Shown: positions 12,673 through 23,414, numbered from the stretch's first letter. The stretch is 64,000 nucleotides of DNA from Smithellaceae bacterium (GCA_035416785.1 DAOLNX010000001.1:9790-73789), one strand, 5' to 3'. Translations and numbers: made by a program. The notes: generated from the letters alone by a model not told the origin.

Positions 12673-13316
12673 CAAACAGGATATTTGCCATTGGCGACAT
12701 TCATGGCTGCCACGAAAAGCTCCATTACCTTTTGCGACGCATTCCTGCCGATCCGGATTCAGATGAACTAATCTTTATTGGCGATTATATTGACCGTGCA
12801 GTCGGCGGTCCCGAGGTGGTTCGTTGTGTTTTAGAGCTTTGCAGGAGTTTTCGCCGTGTGGTGTGTCTTTGTGGCAACCATGAATCCATGCTGCTGAACT
12901 ATCTGAAAGGCATTGACGAAGATCTTTATCTTGCCAACGGCGGTGTGGCGACGCTGAAAGCATACGGCATCAAATCTTCAGATGCCATGCACGAAAGAAT
13001 CGCCCGGATTCCCGAGGAGCATATGCGCTTTTTCAAGACACTGATGCCCTATTATGAAACAGAACGATTTATTTTTGTGCATGCTGGTCTTTTACCCGGA
13101 AGACCGCTTTCCAGTCAATCTGAATATGACATGCAGTGGATTCGACAGGAATTTATCGAGTCCCGGTATCATTTTGGGAAGAGAGTGGTTTTTGGCCATA
13201 CCCGTTTATCGGAGCCTTTGGTGGCGGAGAATAAAATCGGCATCGATACTGGTGCTGTTTACGGGGGAAAACTGACGTGTGTGGAGTTGCCTTCCATTAG
13301 ATTTTATCAGGTCTGA
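12669..13316 (+). CDS. Metallophosphoesterase (PPP-family Ser/Thr phosphatase-like)
   Basis: Motifs GDIHGC, GDYIDRA and GNHE. Its start overlaps the ftsY stop (ATGA). Confidence 0.8.
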   Translation: MTNRIFAIGDIHGCHEKLHYLLRRIPADPDSDELIFIGDYIDRAVGGPEVVRCVLELCRSFRRVVCLCGNHESMLLNYLKGIDEDLYLANGGVATLKAYGIKSSDAMHERIARIPEEHMRFFKTLMPYYETERFIFVHAGLLPGRPLSSQSEYDMQWIRQEFIESRYHFGKRVVFGHTRLSEPLVAENKIGIDTGAVYGGKLTCVELPSIRFYQV

Positions 13317-13318
13317 AC

Positions 13319-14239
13319 ATGATCGAATGTGTTCCGAATTTCAGCGAAGGACGTGATTGGAAAATTATCGAGGCCATTGCCGGTGTTCTGAAGAAATTTT
13401 CCGGAATTCGTCTGATGAACTACAGTGGCGATGACGATCATAATCGGAGTGTATTCACTTTTCTGGGGAATCAGGAAGATATTGTGGAAGCGGCATTGCG
13501 CGCATCAGACAAAGCGCTGGATTTGATTGATATGCGTGCGCAGACCGGTGTTCATCCGCGTTTGGGTGCTGTGGATGTCGTGCCGTTTGTTCCATTGGGC
13601 AGAACAAAAATGGAAGAGGCGATAGATGCCGCCCATCTTTTTGGAAGGCAATTTTATGAGCGTTTTGGCGTGCCTGTTTATTACTATGGTTTTGCTGCAT
13701 TGAATTCCGGACGCCGTGAGCTGGCTCATGTTCGGAGAGGCGGATATGAGAAACTGGCCGAAAAAATGGCCAATGCCGAGGATACTCCGGATGTCGGAAA
13801 ACCTGTATGGAGACCAGAGTCCGGCGCTACGGCGGTGGGTGCGCGCGATGTGCTGGTGGCTTTCAATATCAATCTGAAAAGTGATGATTTACGCCTGGCG
13901 CAAAAAATCGCATCGCTTATCCGGGAAAAAAACGGCGGATTGCGATCTGTGCGCGCCATTGGCGTTTTTTTAGAAAGCAGGCGTCTGGCGCAGGTTTCCA
14001 TTAATCTGATTCAGTGCCGCGAAACTTCCCTCCAAACGATTTATGACCGGGTGGAGGCTTTATCTGCGGAGCGAGGCGTCGAGATTTTGGAATCGGAACT
14101 GATTGGTCTGGCGCCGAAATGCGCTTTTTCCGGAACGACGCCGGAAAAATTGAAACTGACTGGTTTTGATTCGAGCCGTTTACTGGAAACCCATTTACAG
14201 GATATGGAAATTCTCGAAAACACGAAATGTTTTTGTTGA
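13319..14239 (+). CDS. ftcD: Glutamate formimidoyltransferase
   Basis: The N-terminus MIECVPNFSEGRD and HPRLGAVDVVPFVPL are typical of the formiminotransferase domain. Confidence 0.85.
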   Translation: MIECVPNFSEGRDWKIIEAIAGVLKKFSGIRLMNYSGDDDHNRSVFTFLGNQEDIVEAALRASDKALDLIDMRAQTGVHPRLGAVDVVPFVPLGRTKMEEAIDAAHLFGRQFYERFGVPVYYYGFAALNSGRRELAHVRRGGYEKLAEKMANAEDTPDVGKPVWRPESGATAVGARDVLVAFNINLKSDDLRLAQKIASLIREKNGGLRSVRAIGVFLESRRLAQVSINLIQCRETSLQTIYDRVEALSAERGVEILESELIGLAPKCAFSGTTPEKLKLTGFDSSRLLETHLQDMEILENTKCFC

Positions 14240-14286
14240 CTTCTCGGCATTTTTTTCATTAATTTTTTCCAGGAAGGAACCTGCCC

Positions 14287-14706
14287 ATGATGGACATTGA
14301 ATCACTGATTCCGCATCGGGAACCCATTCGAATCATCACGGAAGTGATCGAAGTGACCGAAGACAACGGCATTGCCGCCGCTGTGGTGAATGAGCGGTGG
14401 CCCTTATATGATGGAAAGGGAGTTCAGGCGATTGTCCTTCTGGAAGCTATTGCCCAGACGGCTGCGATAGTGGAAGGTTATAAGCGCAAGAAAAGCGGCA
14501 AAGACGGCGTCAAGGGCTGGCTGGTCGGAATTAAATCTGCTGATTTTACAAAGGATTTCATTCCTTTGCATACCCGGATCACGGCTTCGGTCCACAGTCT
14601 GTATTCGTTTGAAAAATATGGCGTTACGGAAGGCGTGGTCAAAGAAGGCGATGAAATTTTGCTTTCAGCGGTGCTGCAGGTGATGCGTTTGAATGAAGAC
14701 GTATAA
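14287..14706 (+). CDS. Hotdog-fold (FabA/FabZ-like) 3-hydroxyacyl-ACP dehydratase of the polyene cluster
   Basis: 139 aa. LIPHREPIRIITEV and LLEAIAQTAA resemble FabZ-type dehydratases. This is the first gene of the cluster. Confidence 0.75.
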   Translation: MMDIESLIPHREPIRIITEVIEVTEDNGIAAAVVNERWPLYDGKGVQAIVLLEAIAQTAAIVEGYKRKKSGKDGVKGWLVGIKSADFTKDFIPLHTRITASVHSLYSFEKYGVTEGVVKEGDEILLSAVLQVMRLNEDV

Positions 14707-14728
14707 ATAATCGAGGAGATCGACGGGA

Positions 14729-15466
14729 ATGATGGAAGAGAAAAAGATAGCCCTTGTGACGGGCGCCAGCCGGGGAATCGGGCGGGCAACGGCGGTGGAA
14801 CTGGCAAAAAGCGGGTATGATGTTGTTGTCAATTACAACGCCAGCGAAACGGCGGCACAAGAGACGCTTGCTCAGGTTCAAGCGTCAGGCGCGTCGGGTG
14901 AAATATGTAAGTTCGATGTGGCCAATGCCGAAGAAGTCAAGGAAGCCATAGCCAGGATTGTTGAGGAGCACAAGAAGATTGATGTTCTGGTCAATAATGC
15001 CGGCGTCACGGCTGACGGTCTTTTTATGATGATGGGCGAAGAGGAATGGCACAAGGTTGTAGATACCATTTTGAATGGGTTTTACAATGTGACCAAGCCG
15101 GTTCTTCGCGAAATGGTCAGGAAAAAAAGAGGTGCGATCGTATCGGTTTCATCCATTTCAGCGATGATGCCCAATCGGGGCCAGGCCAATTATGCGGCGG
15201 CCAAAGCTGGCCTGAACGCTGCCATCCGCTCTGTCTCCAAAGAAGTAGCGCGTTTTGGCATCCGGATTAATGCCGTTGCGCCGGGTCCGATTGAAACGGA
15301 TATGTTGAGCGCCATGCCGCTGGATGCCAATACCATAAAAAGTATCATCCCCATGGCCAGAGTGGGAAAACCTGAAGAGGTTGCCCGGGTCATCCGATTT
15401 TTGTGTTCCGACGACGCTTCCTATATTACAGGGCAGGTGATCGGCATTAATGGAGGAATGTTTTAG
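14729..15466 (+). CDS. fabG: 3-oxoacyl-ACP reductase (SDR)
   Basis: TGASRGIGRA cofactor motif, NNAG, and the catalytic YAAAKAG. Confidence 0.9.
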   Translation: MMEEKKIALVTGASRGIGRATAVELAKSGYDVVVNYNASETAAQETLAQVQASGASGEICKFDVANAEEVKEAIARIVEEHKKIDVLVNNAGVTADGLFMMMGEEEWHKVVDTILNGFYNVTKPVLREMVRKKRGAIVSVSSISAMMPNRGQANYAAAKAGLNAAIRSVSKEVARFGIRINAVAPGPIETDMLSAMPLDANTIKSIIPMARVGKPEEVARVIRFLCSDDASYITGQVIGINGGMF

Positions 15467-15475
15467 GAATAAACC

Positions 15476-16093
15476 ATGTCATCAAGAAAATATGCCTCTG
15501 TTTTGTTCATTTTGCTGATGGTTTTGCCGTCTTGTGTCCGTGCGGATGATTTTGAACATTTACGTAAAGATGCGGCGCGGATTTCAACCATTTCAGCTGG
15601 CTTTGTGCAAAAGAAAATCATGAAAATTCTGTCAAAACCTTTGGTCTCGGAAGGTAAATTTTACTTTGCCGCACCGGATTCCATTCGCTGGGAATACCAA
15701 AAACCCGTTAAGAGCCTCGTCATTTCAAATCAAGGGAAGACTAGGCGTTATATCGTGTCCAGGGGGAAATGGATGGAAGACAGAACGGGTGGCGTTCAGG
15801 CGATGAAGATTGTGCTCAATGAGGTGGCAGGATGGATGCGCGGCAAATTTGATTCCAACCCTTCTTTTACCGCCGCCGTCAAAGAAGGAGCGAACATGCA
15901 AATTATTCTGACGCCTGTGGATAAAAGCATGGCTGGCATGATTGAAAAAATTGAGATTACGGTTTCCCGTAAGGACCTGTCTGTGAAATCCGTGCGGATC
16001 ATTGAAAACGCAAGTGCCGAAACGCGCATTGATTTCCATTCCGTAGTCGTCAACCATACCATCGATCCTTCTGTTTTTCAGGATGTTCCATGA
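15476..16093 (+). CDS. LolA-like outer-membrane lipoprotein carrier family protein
   Basis: Signal peptide followed by a LolA-like sequence (FVQKK...SEGKFYFAAPDSIRWEY). This component is typical of aryl-polyene clusters. Confidence 0.7.
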   Translation: MSSRKYASVLFILLMVLPSCVRADDFEHLRKDAARISTISAGFVQKKIMKILSKPLVSEGKFYFAAPDSIRWEYQKPVKSLVISNQGKTRRYIVSRGKWMEDRTGGVQAMKIVLNEVAGWMRGKFDSNPSFTAAVKEGANMQIILTPVDKSMAGMIEKIEITVSRKDLSVKSVRIIENASAETRIDFHSVVVNHTIDPSVFQDVP

Positions 16094-16773
16094 GGGTTTT
16101 TTCCGTTTTAATCGGATTCCTGCTGCTGGTTTCCTGCGCGGCGCTTCCGGCGATCCGGCATCAGGAGGAAGTGGGTGGAAAAAAGTTCGAGTGTCCTTCA
16201 CCATTTCTCCGGGAAAAAACGCGTTTGATCCACGCCATTGAAGTGCATGCAGCAGGTCAGCCACAAACCGTTATGATGGGAGTGACACTGGCTGATCCCG
16301 CCTTTCGGTCATTGTCCTGTGCATTAATGAGCGCAGAAGGAATGGTTCTGCTTGAAGCCTCCTTGAATTCCGACGGTCTGAGGATCAGTCGGGCGTTGCC
16401 GCCTTTTGCAGAGGGCGATTTCATCCGGAAAATGATGGAGGATATTGAATTGATATTTTTTGCGCCACAGGGAGATCCGGTTCAAAAAGGAGTTTTCTCC
16501 GGTGGTGAACCGGTTTGCCGATGGCATTCCCGACTAAGTGGATGGATTGATGCATCAGCTGAGCGTGACGGGTCTATCGTCATTCGGAACTATGCGGAAA
16601 ATGGTGGTCTCAGGCGAAGCGTCCAGTTGGATGTGGCTGCTCGTCCCTATGCAATCATTGAACTTCATGCCTTTGAACGTATTCCTTATTCGCTCGTGAT
16701 GACCCTGATCGAATCCGAGGCTGTCCATGACGATGCTCTGCAACAAAAGAAAAGCCGGGGGGGCTCTCCATGA
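16090..16773 (+). CDS. Lipoprotein of unknown function (DUF3261-like, cluster-associated)
   Basis: Lipobox LLVSC after a short signal peptide. The start overlaps the upstream stop. The family assignment is from memory of aryl-polyene clusters and was not searched. Confidence 0.55.
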   Translation: MRVFSVLIGFLLLVSCAALPAIRHQEEVGGKKFECPSPFLREKTRLIHAIEVHAAGQPQTVMMGVTLADPAFRSLSCALMSAEGMVLLEASLNSDGLRISRALPPFAEGDFIRKMMEDIELIFFAPQGDPVQKGVFSGGEPVCRWHSRLSGWIDASAERDGSIVIRNYAENGGLRRSVQLDVAARPYAIIELHAFERIPYSLVMTLIESEAVHDDALQQKKSRGGSP

Positions 16774-18245
16774 GAAAGCCTCTTGATGGAAAAAACATTA
16801 TGATCATCGGCGCGGGTGTCGGAGGCCTTTCTACGGGAATTTTGCTCAGGAATTTGGGATATCATGTCACCCTCGTGGAAAAGAATCAATTGCCGGGTGG
16901 ATTGATGCGTTCCTATATCCGTCGGGGGATCGACTGCCCAGTGGGTGTGCATTATGTTGGTGCGCTGGGACCGGACGAACCCCTCGGAAAAATGTTTCAC
17001 GTTTTGGGAATATCCGTTAAGGATTTGTTTTTTTCGATGGGCGAAGGCGGAGTGATTGATCGGTATCTCTTTGATGATTTTGTTTTTGATCTGCCGGTGG
17101 GCATTGATGCTTATGAAACTAATTTGAAAAAGACCTTTCCGGGTGAAGAGGATGCGCTGACTGCGCTGATGAAGAGCTTACGTGAAATTGCTGGAAGCAT
17201 GAAGGGATCCTCTTTTTTACTTCATCCGGCAGATCCCTTTCAAAATATGGATTATTTTCGCCCGATGGGCGAACTGCTCGATGAACTCCGGGTATCCGCC
17301 CGATTACGCGCTGTGCTGGCGGTGCCCTGCCAGCTCATTGGCGTGCCACTTTGCGATTGTCCGGTGATTTTTCATCACATGGTTACCTCTGTCTATTTAT
17401 TTTCCTCCTGGCGATTGAAAGAGGGAGGAAGCCGGATGGCGGATGCGTTTACCAAACGTTTTTCTGAAGAGGGCGGCCATCTGCTGGTAAATTCGGCGGT
17501 TCGGGAGATCTGTCTCCATGCGGGACAGGTTTCCGGAGTGATTCTGGAAACGGGAGAAAAAATTCCCGCCGACGCGGTGGTAGCGGCGATTCATCCGAAA
17601 ATTCTGTTGGGCCTTTTGCCCCAAAACGCTTTGCGCGCCAGCCTTCGTGAAAGAATTTTCACGCTTGAGGAAACGGATGGCGTGCTTGCCGTTCAGGCAA
17701 GCTTAGATGCCGATGTGCATGAGGAATTCTCTTATAATCTTTACCGTTTGCATTATGACAGCCGGGGAGAAATTGAAGACGGGGTATTTTACCAGATGCG
17801 CGAAACGGGTGATCCGTCCACCCGTCTTTTGTCAATAATTACCCGTTCTCCCTACAGGGACTGGAGTTCATGGGAACATACGGTTTCGGGAAAGCGAAGC
17901 ACGATGTATTACGAAAAAAAATTGCTGTCAGCCTATGATCTTTTAAAAAAGGCGGAAGCCATTTACGGTCCTTTGAAAAATTTTCGGATTCTGGATGTGT
18001 TCACGCCTCTGACGCTTCGCGATTATATGAATTGTCCCGAAGGATCCTGTTACGGTGTAAAACGATCTGCCCGACAACTTTTAAAAATAGCGTCCTTGAA
18101 TCATTTACCGATTGGTGGCTTGTATCTTGCCGGACAAAACGCACTGGCGCCGGGAGTGATGGGAGCCATGCTGTCATCGTTTTATGCCGTGAGGCAGATG
18201 ATTGGGGAGCAGCGATTTGCCGCGGAATTTGAACGGAAACTCTAA
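16770..18245 (+). CDS. FAD/NAD(P)-dependent oxidoreductase (phytoene-desaturase/amine-oxidase family)
   Basis: Dinucleotide fold IMIIGAGVGGLSTG...VTLVEKNQLPGG. 491 aa. Confidence 0.8.
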   Translation: MRKPLDGKNIMIIGAGVGGLSTGILLRNLGYHVTLVEKNQLPGGLMRSYIRRGIDCPVGVHYVGALGPDEPLGKMFHVLGISVKDLFFSMGEGGVIDRYLFDDFVFDLPVGIDAYETNLKKTFPGEEDALTALMKSLREIAGSMKGSSFLLHPADPFQNMDYFRPMGELLDELRVSARLRAVLAVPCQLIGVPLCDCPVIFHHMVTSVYLFSSWRLKEGGSRMADAFTKRFSEEGGHLLVNSAVREICLHAGQVSGVILETGEKIPADAVVAAIHPKILLGLLPQNALRASLRERIFTLEETDGVLAVQASLDADVHEEFSYNLYRLHYDSRGEIEDGVFYQMRETGDPSTRLLSIITRSPYRDWSSWEHTVSGKRSTMYYEKKLLSAYDLLKKAEAIYGPLKNFRILDVFTPLTLRDYMNCPEGSCYGVKRSARQLLKIASLNHLPIGGLYLAGQNALAPGVMGAMLSSFYAVRQMIGEQRFAAEFERKL

Positions 18246-18397
18246 TGCTGGACGGTTGTACGGATTTATGCTAATTGCCGCACACATGTTTCCTGCCTAT
18301 GGCAAAGGCCCATGGCAGTATATTCCTGAATGGGGAGAGGGGAATGAGGCGCTCCCGGATGCAAAACAGGGAAGGATTAAAGGAGTTGCAAAACTGA

Positions 18398-18670
18398 ATG
18401 ACTCGTCAGGATATTGAAAAAGAAGTCCGCAGGATTTTCCTTGTGGAATTTGAAGTTGATAATCCCGAGATGGATGTCAATCTACGGGAAGCCTATGGGT
18501 TTGACAGTATTGATGCCATTGAACTTTTGCTGGAAATTGAAAAATTTCTCAATTCCGAACTGACGCAGTCGGAGAAAAAAAAGGCGATGGATATTCGGAC
18601 GATGAGGCAAATTATTGACTATATTGAAATGCTGGCCGAGAAGCGCAAGGCCTTGCCGGAGAAAGAATAG
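18398..18670 (+). CDS. Acyl carrier protein
   Basis: 90 aa with the phosphopantetheine attachment motif GFDSIDAIEL. Confidence 0.85.
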   Translation: MTRQDIEKEVRRIFLVEFEVDNPEMDVNLREAYGFDSIDAIELLLEIEKFLNSELTQSEKKKAMDIRTMRQIIDYIEMLAEKRKALPEKE

Positions 18671-18673
18671 AGG

Positions 18674-19912
18674 ATGGAACGTAGGGTTGTCATCACGGCC
18701 TGTTCGGCCATTTCACCCATCGGGCACAGCAAAAGGGAAATTGTGGAAAGCCTGTGCAAAGGAATTTCAGGCGTAAAAACTTTGCCGGAAGATGAATTAA
18801 TCGGCCGCTTTATTCATTCTCGTGTTTATGGCACTGTCAACTACCCCATTGCCTATGATTTTAAGCGCCAGCACCGTAAAACCATGGGGCCGGTGGCCTA
18901 TTATGCCTGTCAGGTGGCCAAGGAGGTTTTACAGCAGGCGCAGCTTCCAGAGAGCTTTGTGACGGGAGGCAGGTTGGGTATTGCTTTCGGGTCGATTCAC
19001 GGGTCGCCCACCGTGCAGCGTGATATTTATAAGATTATCTTCGGTGCAAAAGACAAAGCGGCTTATCAGAATATCGGTGCGGTAGATTATCTGAAATCCA
19101 TGGTGCATACGACAGCGGTCAACATTTCCAAGATGTTCGGCATTACCGGCCGCATTATTTCTTCAGGAACCGCCTGCACTACGGCCAGCCAATCCATTGG
19201 TTACGGTTACGAAGCCGTCAAGTATGGTTTGCAGGATGCCATGCTTTGCGGCGGAGCGGATGAATACGACACTATTACCGTCGCGGTTTTTGATAATTTG
19301 CTGGCGTGTTCCACCTCGTTTAATGACCGGCCTGATCAAACCCCACGCCCATTTGACCAGGCTCGTGACGGGTTGGTGGTTGCTGAAGGCGCAGGCGCTG
19401 TTCTTTTGGAAGACTATGAATCTGCCAAGAAACGAGGTGCGCCCATTTTGGCGGAAGTCATCGGTTTTGCCTGCAATTCCAATGGAGGAGACCTGATCTT
19501 GCCCAATCTGGAGGGCATTACCAAAACCCTTCAACTGGGGCTGGAAAACGCCAAATTGAATGCCTCCGATGTTGATCTGATCAGCGCCCATGCCACAGCC
19601 ACAAAAATGGGAGACATTATTGAAGCCCAGGCCACAGGTTCCGTGTTTGGTTTGCATCCACAAGTCGTGGCCCTGAAAAGTTACATGGGACACACGATGG
19701 CGGCGTGCGGAGGCATAGAAACGGTTTTATGTCTTTACATGATGCAGGAAGGGTTTATTGCGCCGACGCTCCATCTTGAAAATGTTGATGAACGCTGTTC
19801 GATGATTCGTCATGTGCAAAATCTGCTCGAACAAAAATTTACAACTGTCGCTATTCAGAACTTTGCGTTTGGCGGTGTGAATACCAGCCTGCTGATTCGA
19901 AAGTTGACCTAA
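18674..19912 (+). CDS. Beta-ketoacyl-ACP synthase (KS)
   Basis: Active-site Cys in SSGTACTTAS. His motifs SAHATAT and MGHTMAACG. Confidence 0.9.
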   Translation: MERRVVITACSAISPIGHSKREIVESLCKGISGVKTLPEDELIGRFIHSRVYGTVNYPIAYDFKRQHRKTMGPVAYYACQVAKEVLQQAQLPESFVTGGRLGIAFGSIHGSPTVQRDIYKIIFGAKDKAAYQNIGAVDYLKSMVHTTAVNISKMFGITGRIISSGTACTTASQSIGYGYEAVKYGLQDAMLCGGADEYDTITVAVFDNLLACSTSFNDRPDQTPRPFDQARDGLVVAEGAGAVLLEDYESAKKRGAPILAEVIGFACNSNGGDLILPNLEGITKTLQLGLENAKLNASDVDLISAHATATKMGDIIEAQATGSVFGLHPQVVALKSYMGHTMAACGGIETVLCLYMMQEGFIAPTLHLENVDERCSMIRHVQNLLEQKFTTVAIQNFAFGGVNTSLLIRKLT

Positions 19913-19915
19913 AAA

Positions 19916-20707
19916 ATGCTTCCTGTTCATTTTCTCCGGCGTGCCGCGGATTTTGGTTTGACGCTGATTTTGTGGGTGTATTTTCTTTTTGGCTATCCGT
20001 TGCTTCTCCTGATTTTACTTTTTCCCCTGTCCCTTCGCTTAAAAAATGTCGCCGCTGTTATTCAGATGATGCTTCACCTCCATATGAAATATTTTTTTGC
20101 CCTGGTGTGCCTGCTTTTTCCCAAAACAAGCTTTCAAATTACCGAAAATGTTCGCTCCCTCCGCTCGTCCATCATTATCTGCAATCACCTTTCTTATTTA
20201 GACCCCATTTTGCTTGTCTCGCTTTTCCCCCGTCACACAACGATTGTGAAAAAAACTTTTTTCCGCGTCCCCATTTTTGGCTGGTTTTTAAAAAAAGCCG
20301 GTTATATTCCGTCGGCGCCCGCGGAAATGAGCGGTCCGGCCATGATTGACCATCTGGAAAGCATCAAGCGTCATCTGGCGGCGGGCGGCAATTTATTTGT
20401 TTTTCCGGAAGGAACGCGCAGCCGTCATGGTGAAATCAATCCTTTCAACAGGGGGGTATTCAGCATTGCGCGTTACTGCCGCAAGGGCTTGTCTCTGGTT
20501 TTGATCCAAAATACCGACAAGCTATTCCGTCCCGGAACTTTTTCTTTTGCGACGCAGGGAAAGCAGGCCATTACCATGGAACTGATCGGGGCGTTGGAAC
20601 CGGATTACCAGGCGAAAAATTTTTCTCTTTCCGCAGTGGTATCCCAGTCCCGGAAAATTTTTGAGCGGGAAATCGCCGCAAGAAAGCCGGGGCAAGAAAA
20701 ATCTTAA
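19916..20707 (+). CDS. Lysophospholipid (1-acyl-glycerol-3-phosphate type) acyltransferase, membrane-anchored
   Basis: HX4D motif NHLSYLD, the FPEGTRS motif, and N-terminal hydrophobic segments. Confidence 0.85.
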   Translation: MLPVHFLRRAADFGLTLILWVYFLFGYPLLLLILLFPLSLRLKNVAAVIQMMLHLHMKYFFALVCLLFPKTSFQITENVRSLRSSIIICNHLSYLDPILLVSLFPRHTTIVKKTFFRVPIFGWFLKKAGYIPSAPAEMSGPAMIDHLESIKRHLAAGGNLFVFPEGTRSRHGEINPFNRGVFSIARYCRKGLSLVLIQNTDKLFRPGTFSFATQGKQAITMELIGALEPDYQAKNFSLSAVVSQSRKIFEREIAARKPGQEKS

Positions 20708-20849
20708 TTTAAACAAGGCATTCGTCACATCCGGAGAGCTTTGCAAAACCGTCCAATAAATATGAGCTTCCTTCTTTCGAAAACGGGAAGGAAGGCAAGA
20801 TGTGGTTTGGCAAAGGTTTTGCGATGATTGGCACGGCTCGAATATTTAT

Positions 20850-20878
20850 TTGACTTTTTGATGTCTTAATTTTAAATT
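20850..20878 (+). promoter_or_regulatory. Candidate sigma-70 promoter for the second half of the cluster
   Basis: TTGACT, a 17-nt spacer, then TAAATT. It lies in the 207-bp gap upstream of the KS gene at 20915. Confidence 0.3.
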
Positions 20879-20914
20879 TTTTCGCCTATTTTTGAAAACA
20901 GGTTAAAAGAAAGC

Positions 20915-22162
20915 ATGCAGAAAAAACGGATTGTCATTACGGGCATGGGTACGGTAAATGCCATTGGTGGAAACGTCTCGCAATTTGCGGTTTCTTTGCA
21001 AAGCGGTGTCTGCGGCATAACGGATATCGATCTGTTCGACACGGCTGCCTATCGAACCCATAAGGGAGGCCAGATTAAGCATTTTGATCCCCGTCAGTCC
21101 ATTCCGGATACATTTTCAACGAAAAGAATGTCGCGCGCCGATCAACTGGTTTTCGCTGCGACTCTGGAAGCCCTGCGGGATGCCCGTCTCTACCCATTTC
21201 CCGAGCTGTTTCGGGAAAATACAGGTGTGGCCATCGGTGGAGGCGCTGGAGGGCTGTTTGAAGCGGAAGACTTTTATTCAGACCTGTTGAAAAAAGGAGC
21301 AAACCGGGCGAAATTTTCCCGTCTGTCTAGCGTCTATTGTGCGTCTTCCGCTGACCGGATAGCGTCCAATCTGGCTCTTGCCGGCCCGAAGGCTACATTT
21401 ATGACCGCTTGTTCTTCCGGGGCAACCGCTCTGGGATTCGCGAGAGATATCATTGCTTTTGGTCAGGCATCGATGATGGTGGCGGGAGGTGTGGAGCCCA
21501 TGTCCAGGATTACCTATTCAGCTTTCAATGCATTAAAGTCGGTTGACGAAGATGTTTGCCGGCCTTTCGACCGGAATCGTGCCGGCCTTTCCTTGGGGGA
21601 GGCAGCAGCCATTCTCGTTATGGAACCTTTGGAGTCGGCGCTTGACCGGGGAGCGAAAATTTACGGTGAAATTCTGGGATATGGTGTAACCTGCGATTCA
21701 TTTCATATGACCGCTCCGGATGAAAAGGCTTCCGGCGCAGTCCGCTGTATGCAGGCCGCGCTCAAGGACAGCGGACTCACCATCGCAGATATTGATTATA
21801 TCAACGCTCATGGAACCGCCACGCTGGCCAATGACATTACGGAAACCAGGGCTATTAAAGAAGTCTTTGGAAGCCGTGCCTATTCCATCCCGGTGAGCTC
21901 TACAAAATCCATGCACGCTCATCCTCTGGATGCGGCAGGAGCGCTGGAGGCCATTGTCTGCCTGCTCGCTCTGTCGCAGGGGTTTATTCCGCCGACCATC
22001 CATTTGAAGGAGCGGGATCCGGATTGTGACCTGGATTATGTTGCGGAGGGTGCGCGTCAGCGAGAACTGCGCACAGTTCTGTCCAATTCTTTTGCTTTTG
22101 GCGGAAACAATACTACGGTAATTTTTGGGAAATATGAAGGCAGGGGTGCGGTTCATGGATGA
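20915..22162 (+). CDS. Beta-ketoacyl-ACP synthase (KS-alpha of a KS/CLF pair)
   Basis: Active-site Cys in MTACSSGATALG. His motifs NAHGTAT and SMHAHPLDAAG. Confidence 0.9.
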   Translation: MQKKRIVITGMGTVNAIGGNVSQFAVSLQSGVCGITDIDLFDTAAYRTHKGGQIKHFDPRQSIPDTFSTKRMSRADQLVFAATLEALRDARLYPFPELFRENTGVAIGGGAGGLFEAEDFYSDLLKKGANRAKFSRLSSVYCASSADRIASNLALAGPKATFMTACSSGATALGFARDIIAFGQASMMVAGGVEPMSRITYSAFNALKSVDEDVCRPFDRNRAGLSLGEAAAILVMEPLESALDRGAKIYGEILGYGVTCDSFHMTAPDEKASGAVRCMQAALKDSGLTIADIDYINAHGTATLANDITETRAIKEVFGSRAYSIPVSSTKSMHAHPLDAAGALEAIVCLLALSQGFIPPTIHLKERDPDCDLDYVAEGARQRELRTVLSNSFAFGGNNTTVIFGKYEGRGAVHG

Positions 22163-23414
22163 AAAACGGGACGTGCCGATGAAAGAGCGTATTGTTGTGA
22201 CCGGACTCGGGCTTGTCACGCCATTGGGTGTGGGAAAAGATGAATTTTACCAAAGGCTTTTATCAGGTGACGGCGGTATTTCCGGACTGGAGGCGTTTAA
22301 TGCCGACAATGTCGCATCGCATCTGGGCGCGGAAGTCCGAAACTTCAGACCGCGGGATTTTATTTCAACCAAAAATCTGCGAAGGATGGATAAAATATCG
22401 TCTCTGGCGACTGCCGCGGCACGCATGGCGCTGGAGGATGCGGGTATTGTGGTCGGAAGAGAAAACCGTGACCGAGTTGGCATTCTTCTGGGAACGGCTT
22501 TTGGAGCGACGGACGTGACGGTACAGGTGGCCGGCACACTGCTTTCCCAGGGGCCGTCATCGGTCAACCCGATTCTTGTCCCCAATACTGTAATGAATGC
22601 ACCGGCGGCCCACGCATCCATCGAGTTGGGGTTCCGCGGTGTCAATACCACAGTGACCCAATATGCAGTTTCTGCTGAAACAGCCATCGCTTATGCCCTC
22701 TCGGAAATAAAACGAGGTATAGCGGACGTGCTTTTGACCGGTGGAGTGGATATTTTGTCAAAATTTTACTATGAAGCCCTATCCAGGTTTCGAGGTCTTT
22801 CGCCGGACGATGGCGGACGGGAAGGTGCCCGTCCCTTTGATCAAGAGCGAAACGGCTACGTGGCTGGGGAAGGATGCGGCATTCTGTGCCTGGAATCTCT
22901 GGCGTCGGCAAGAGAAAGAGGCGCAAATATCTATTGTGAGATCAGCGGCGCGGGCCTCTGCTCATCTGCCGAGACGCCGACCGGCTGGCCGGAGGATTCC
23001 CAAGGGGTCCGGCAGGCCTTGAGACGGGTTTTGCAACAAGCTGGCATCTCGATAACGGATGTCACGGCAATCATGGCGGCGGCCAATGGAGGGCGCCTCC
23101 TGGATCTGGCGGAGGCGCGGGCGTATGAGGAAGCTTTTGCTTCTTGTGAACAAAAACCGTTTGTTACCTCTATCAAGGGGGCAATCGGTGAAAGTTTTTC
23201 CGGCGGCGGCATACGGGCTTGTTCCCTGGCTTTATCGGTCCAAAACAAATGTCTGCCTCCAACGGTCGGGCTTTCCGATCCGTTGATGCCTTTGAACTTC
23301 GTCATGGAAAAGAAAAAGGAAGTCGTGATCAAAAACGCGGTTCTTGCCGGTGTTTCTTTCGGTGGAACCTATGCTTACTTGGTTTTCAGCGCCTGCGGCG
23401 ACATGAGAGGATAG
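22155..23414 (+). CDS. KS-like chain-length-factor type subunit (no active-site Cys)
   Basis: KS fold, but the Cys position reads TQYAVSAET and the His motifs are absent (AAANGG). The ORF is open from 22125, and starts at 22155 or 22179 are both possible. It overlaps the upstream KS stop. Confidence 0.8.
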   Translation: MDEKRDVPMKERIVVTGLGLVTPLGVGKDEFYQRLLSGDGGISGLEAFNADNVASHLGAEVRNFRPRDFISTKNLRRMDKISSLATAAARMALEDAGIVVGRENRDRVGILLGTAFGATDVTVQVAGTLLSQGPSSVNPILVPNTVMNAPAAHASIELGFRGVNTTVTQYAVSAETAIAYALSEIKRGIADVLLTGGVDILSKFYYEALSRFRGLSPDDGGREGARPFDQERNGYVAGEGCGILCLESLASARERGANIYCEISGAGLCSSAETPTGWPEDSQGVRQALRRVLQQAGISITDVTAIMAAANGGRLLDLAEARAYEEAFASCEQKPFVTSIKGAIGESFSGGGIRACSLALSVQNKCLPPTVGLSDPLMPLNFVMEKKKEVVIKNAVLAGVSFGGTYAYLVFSACGDMRG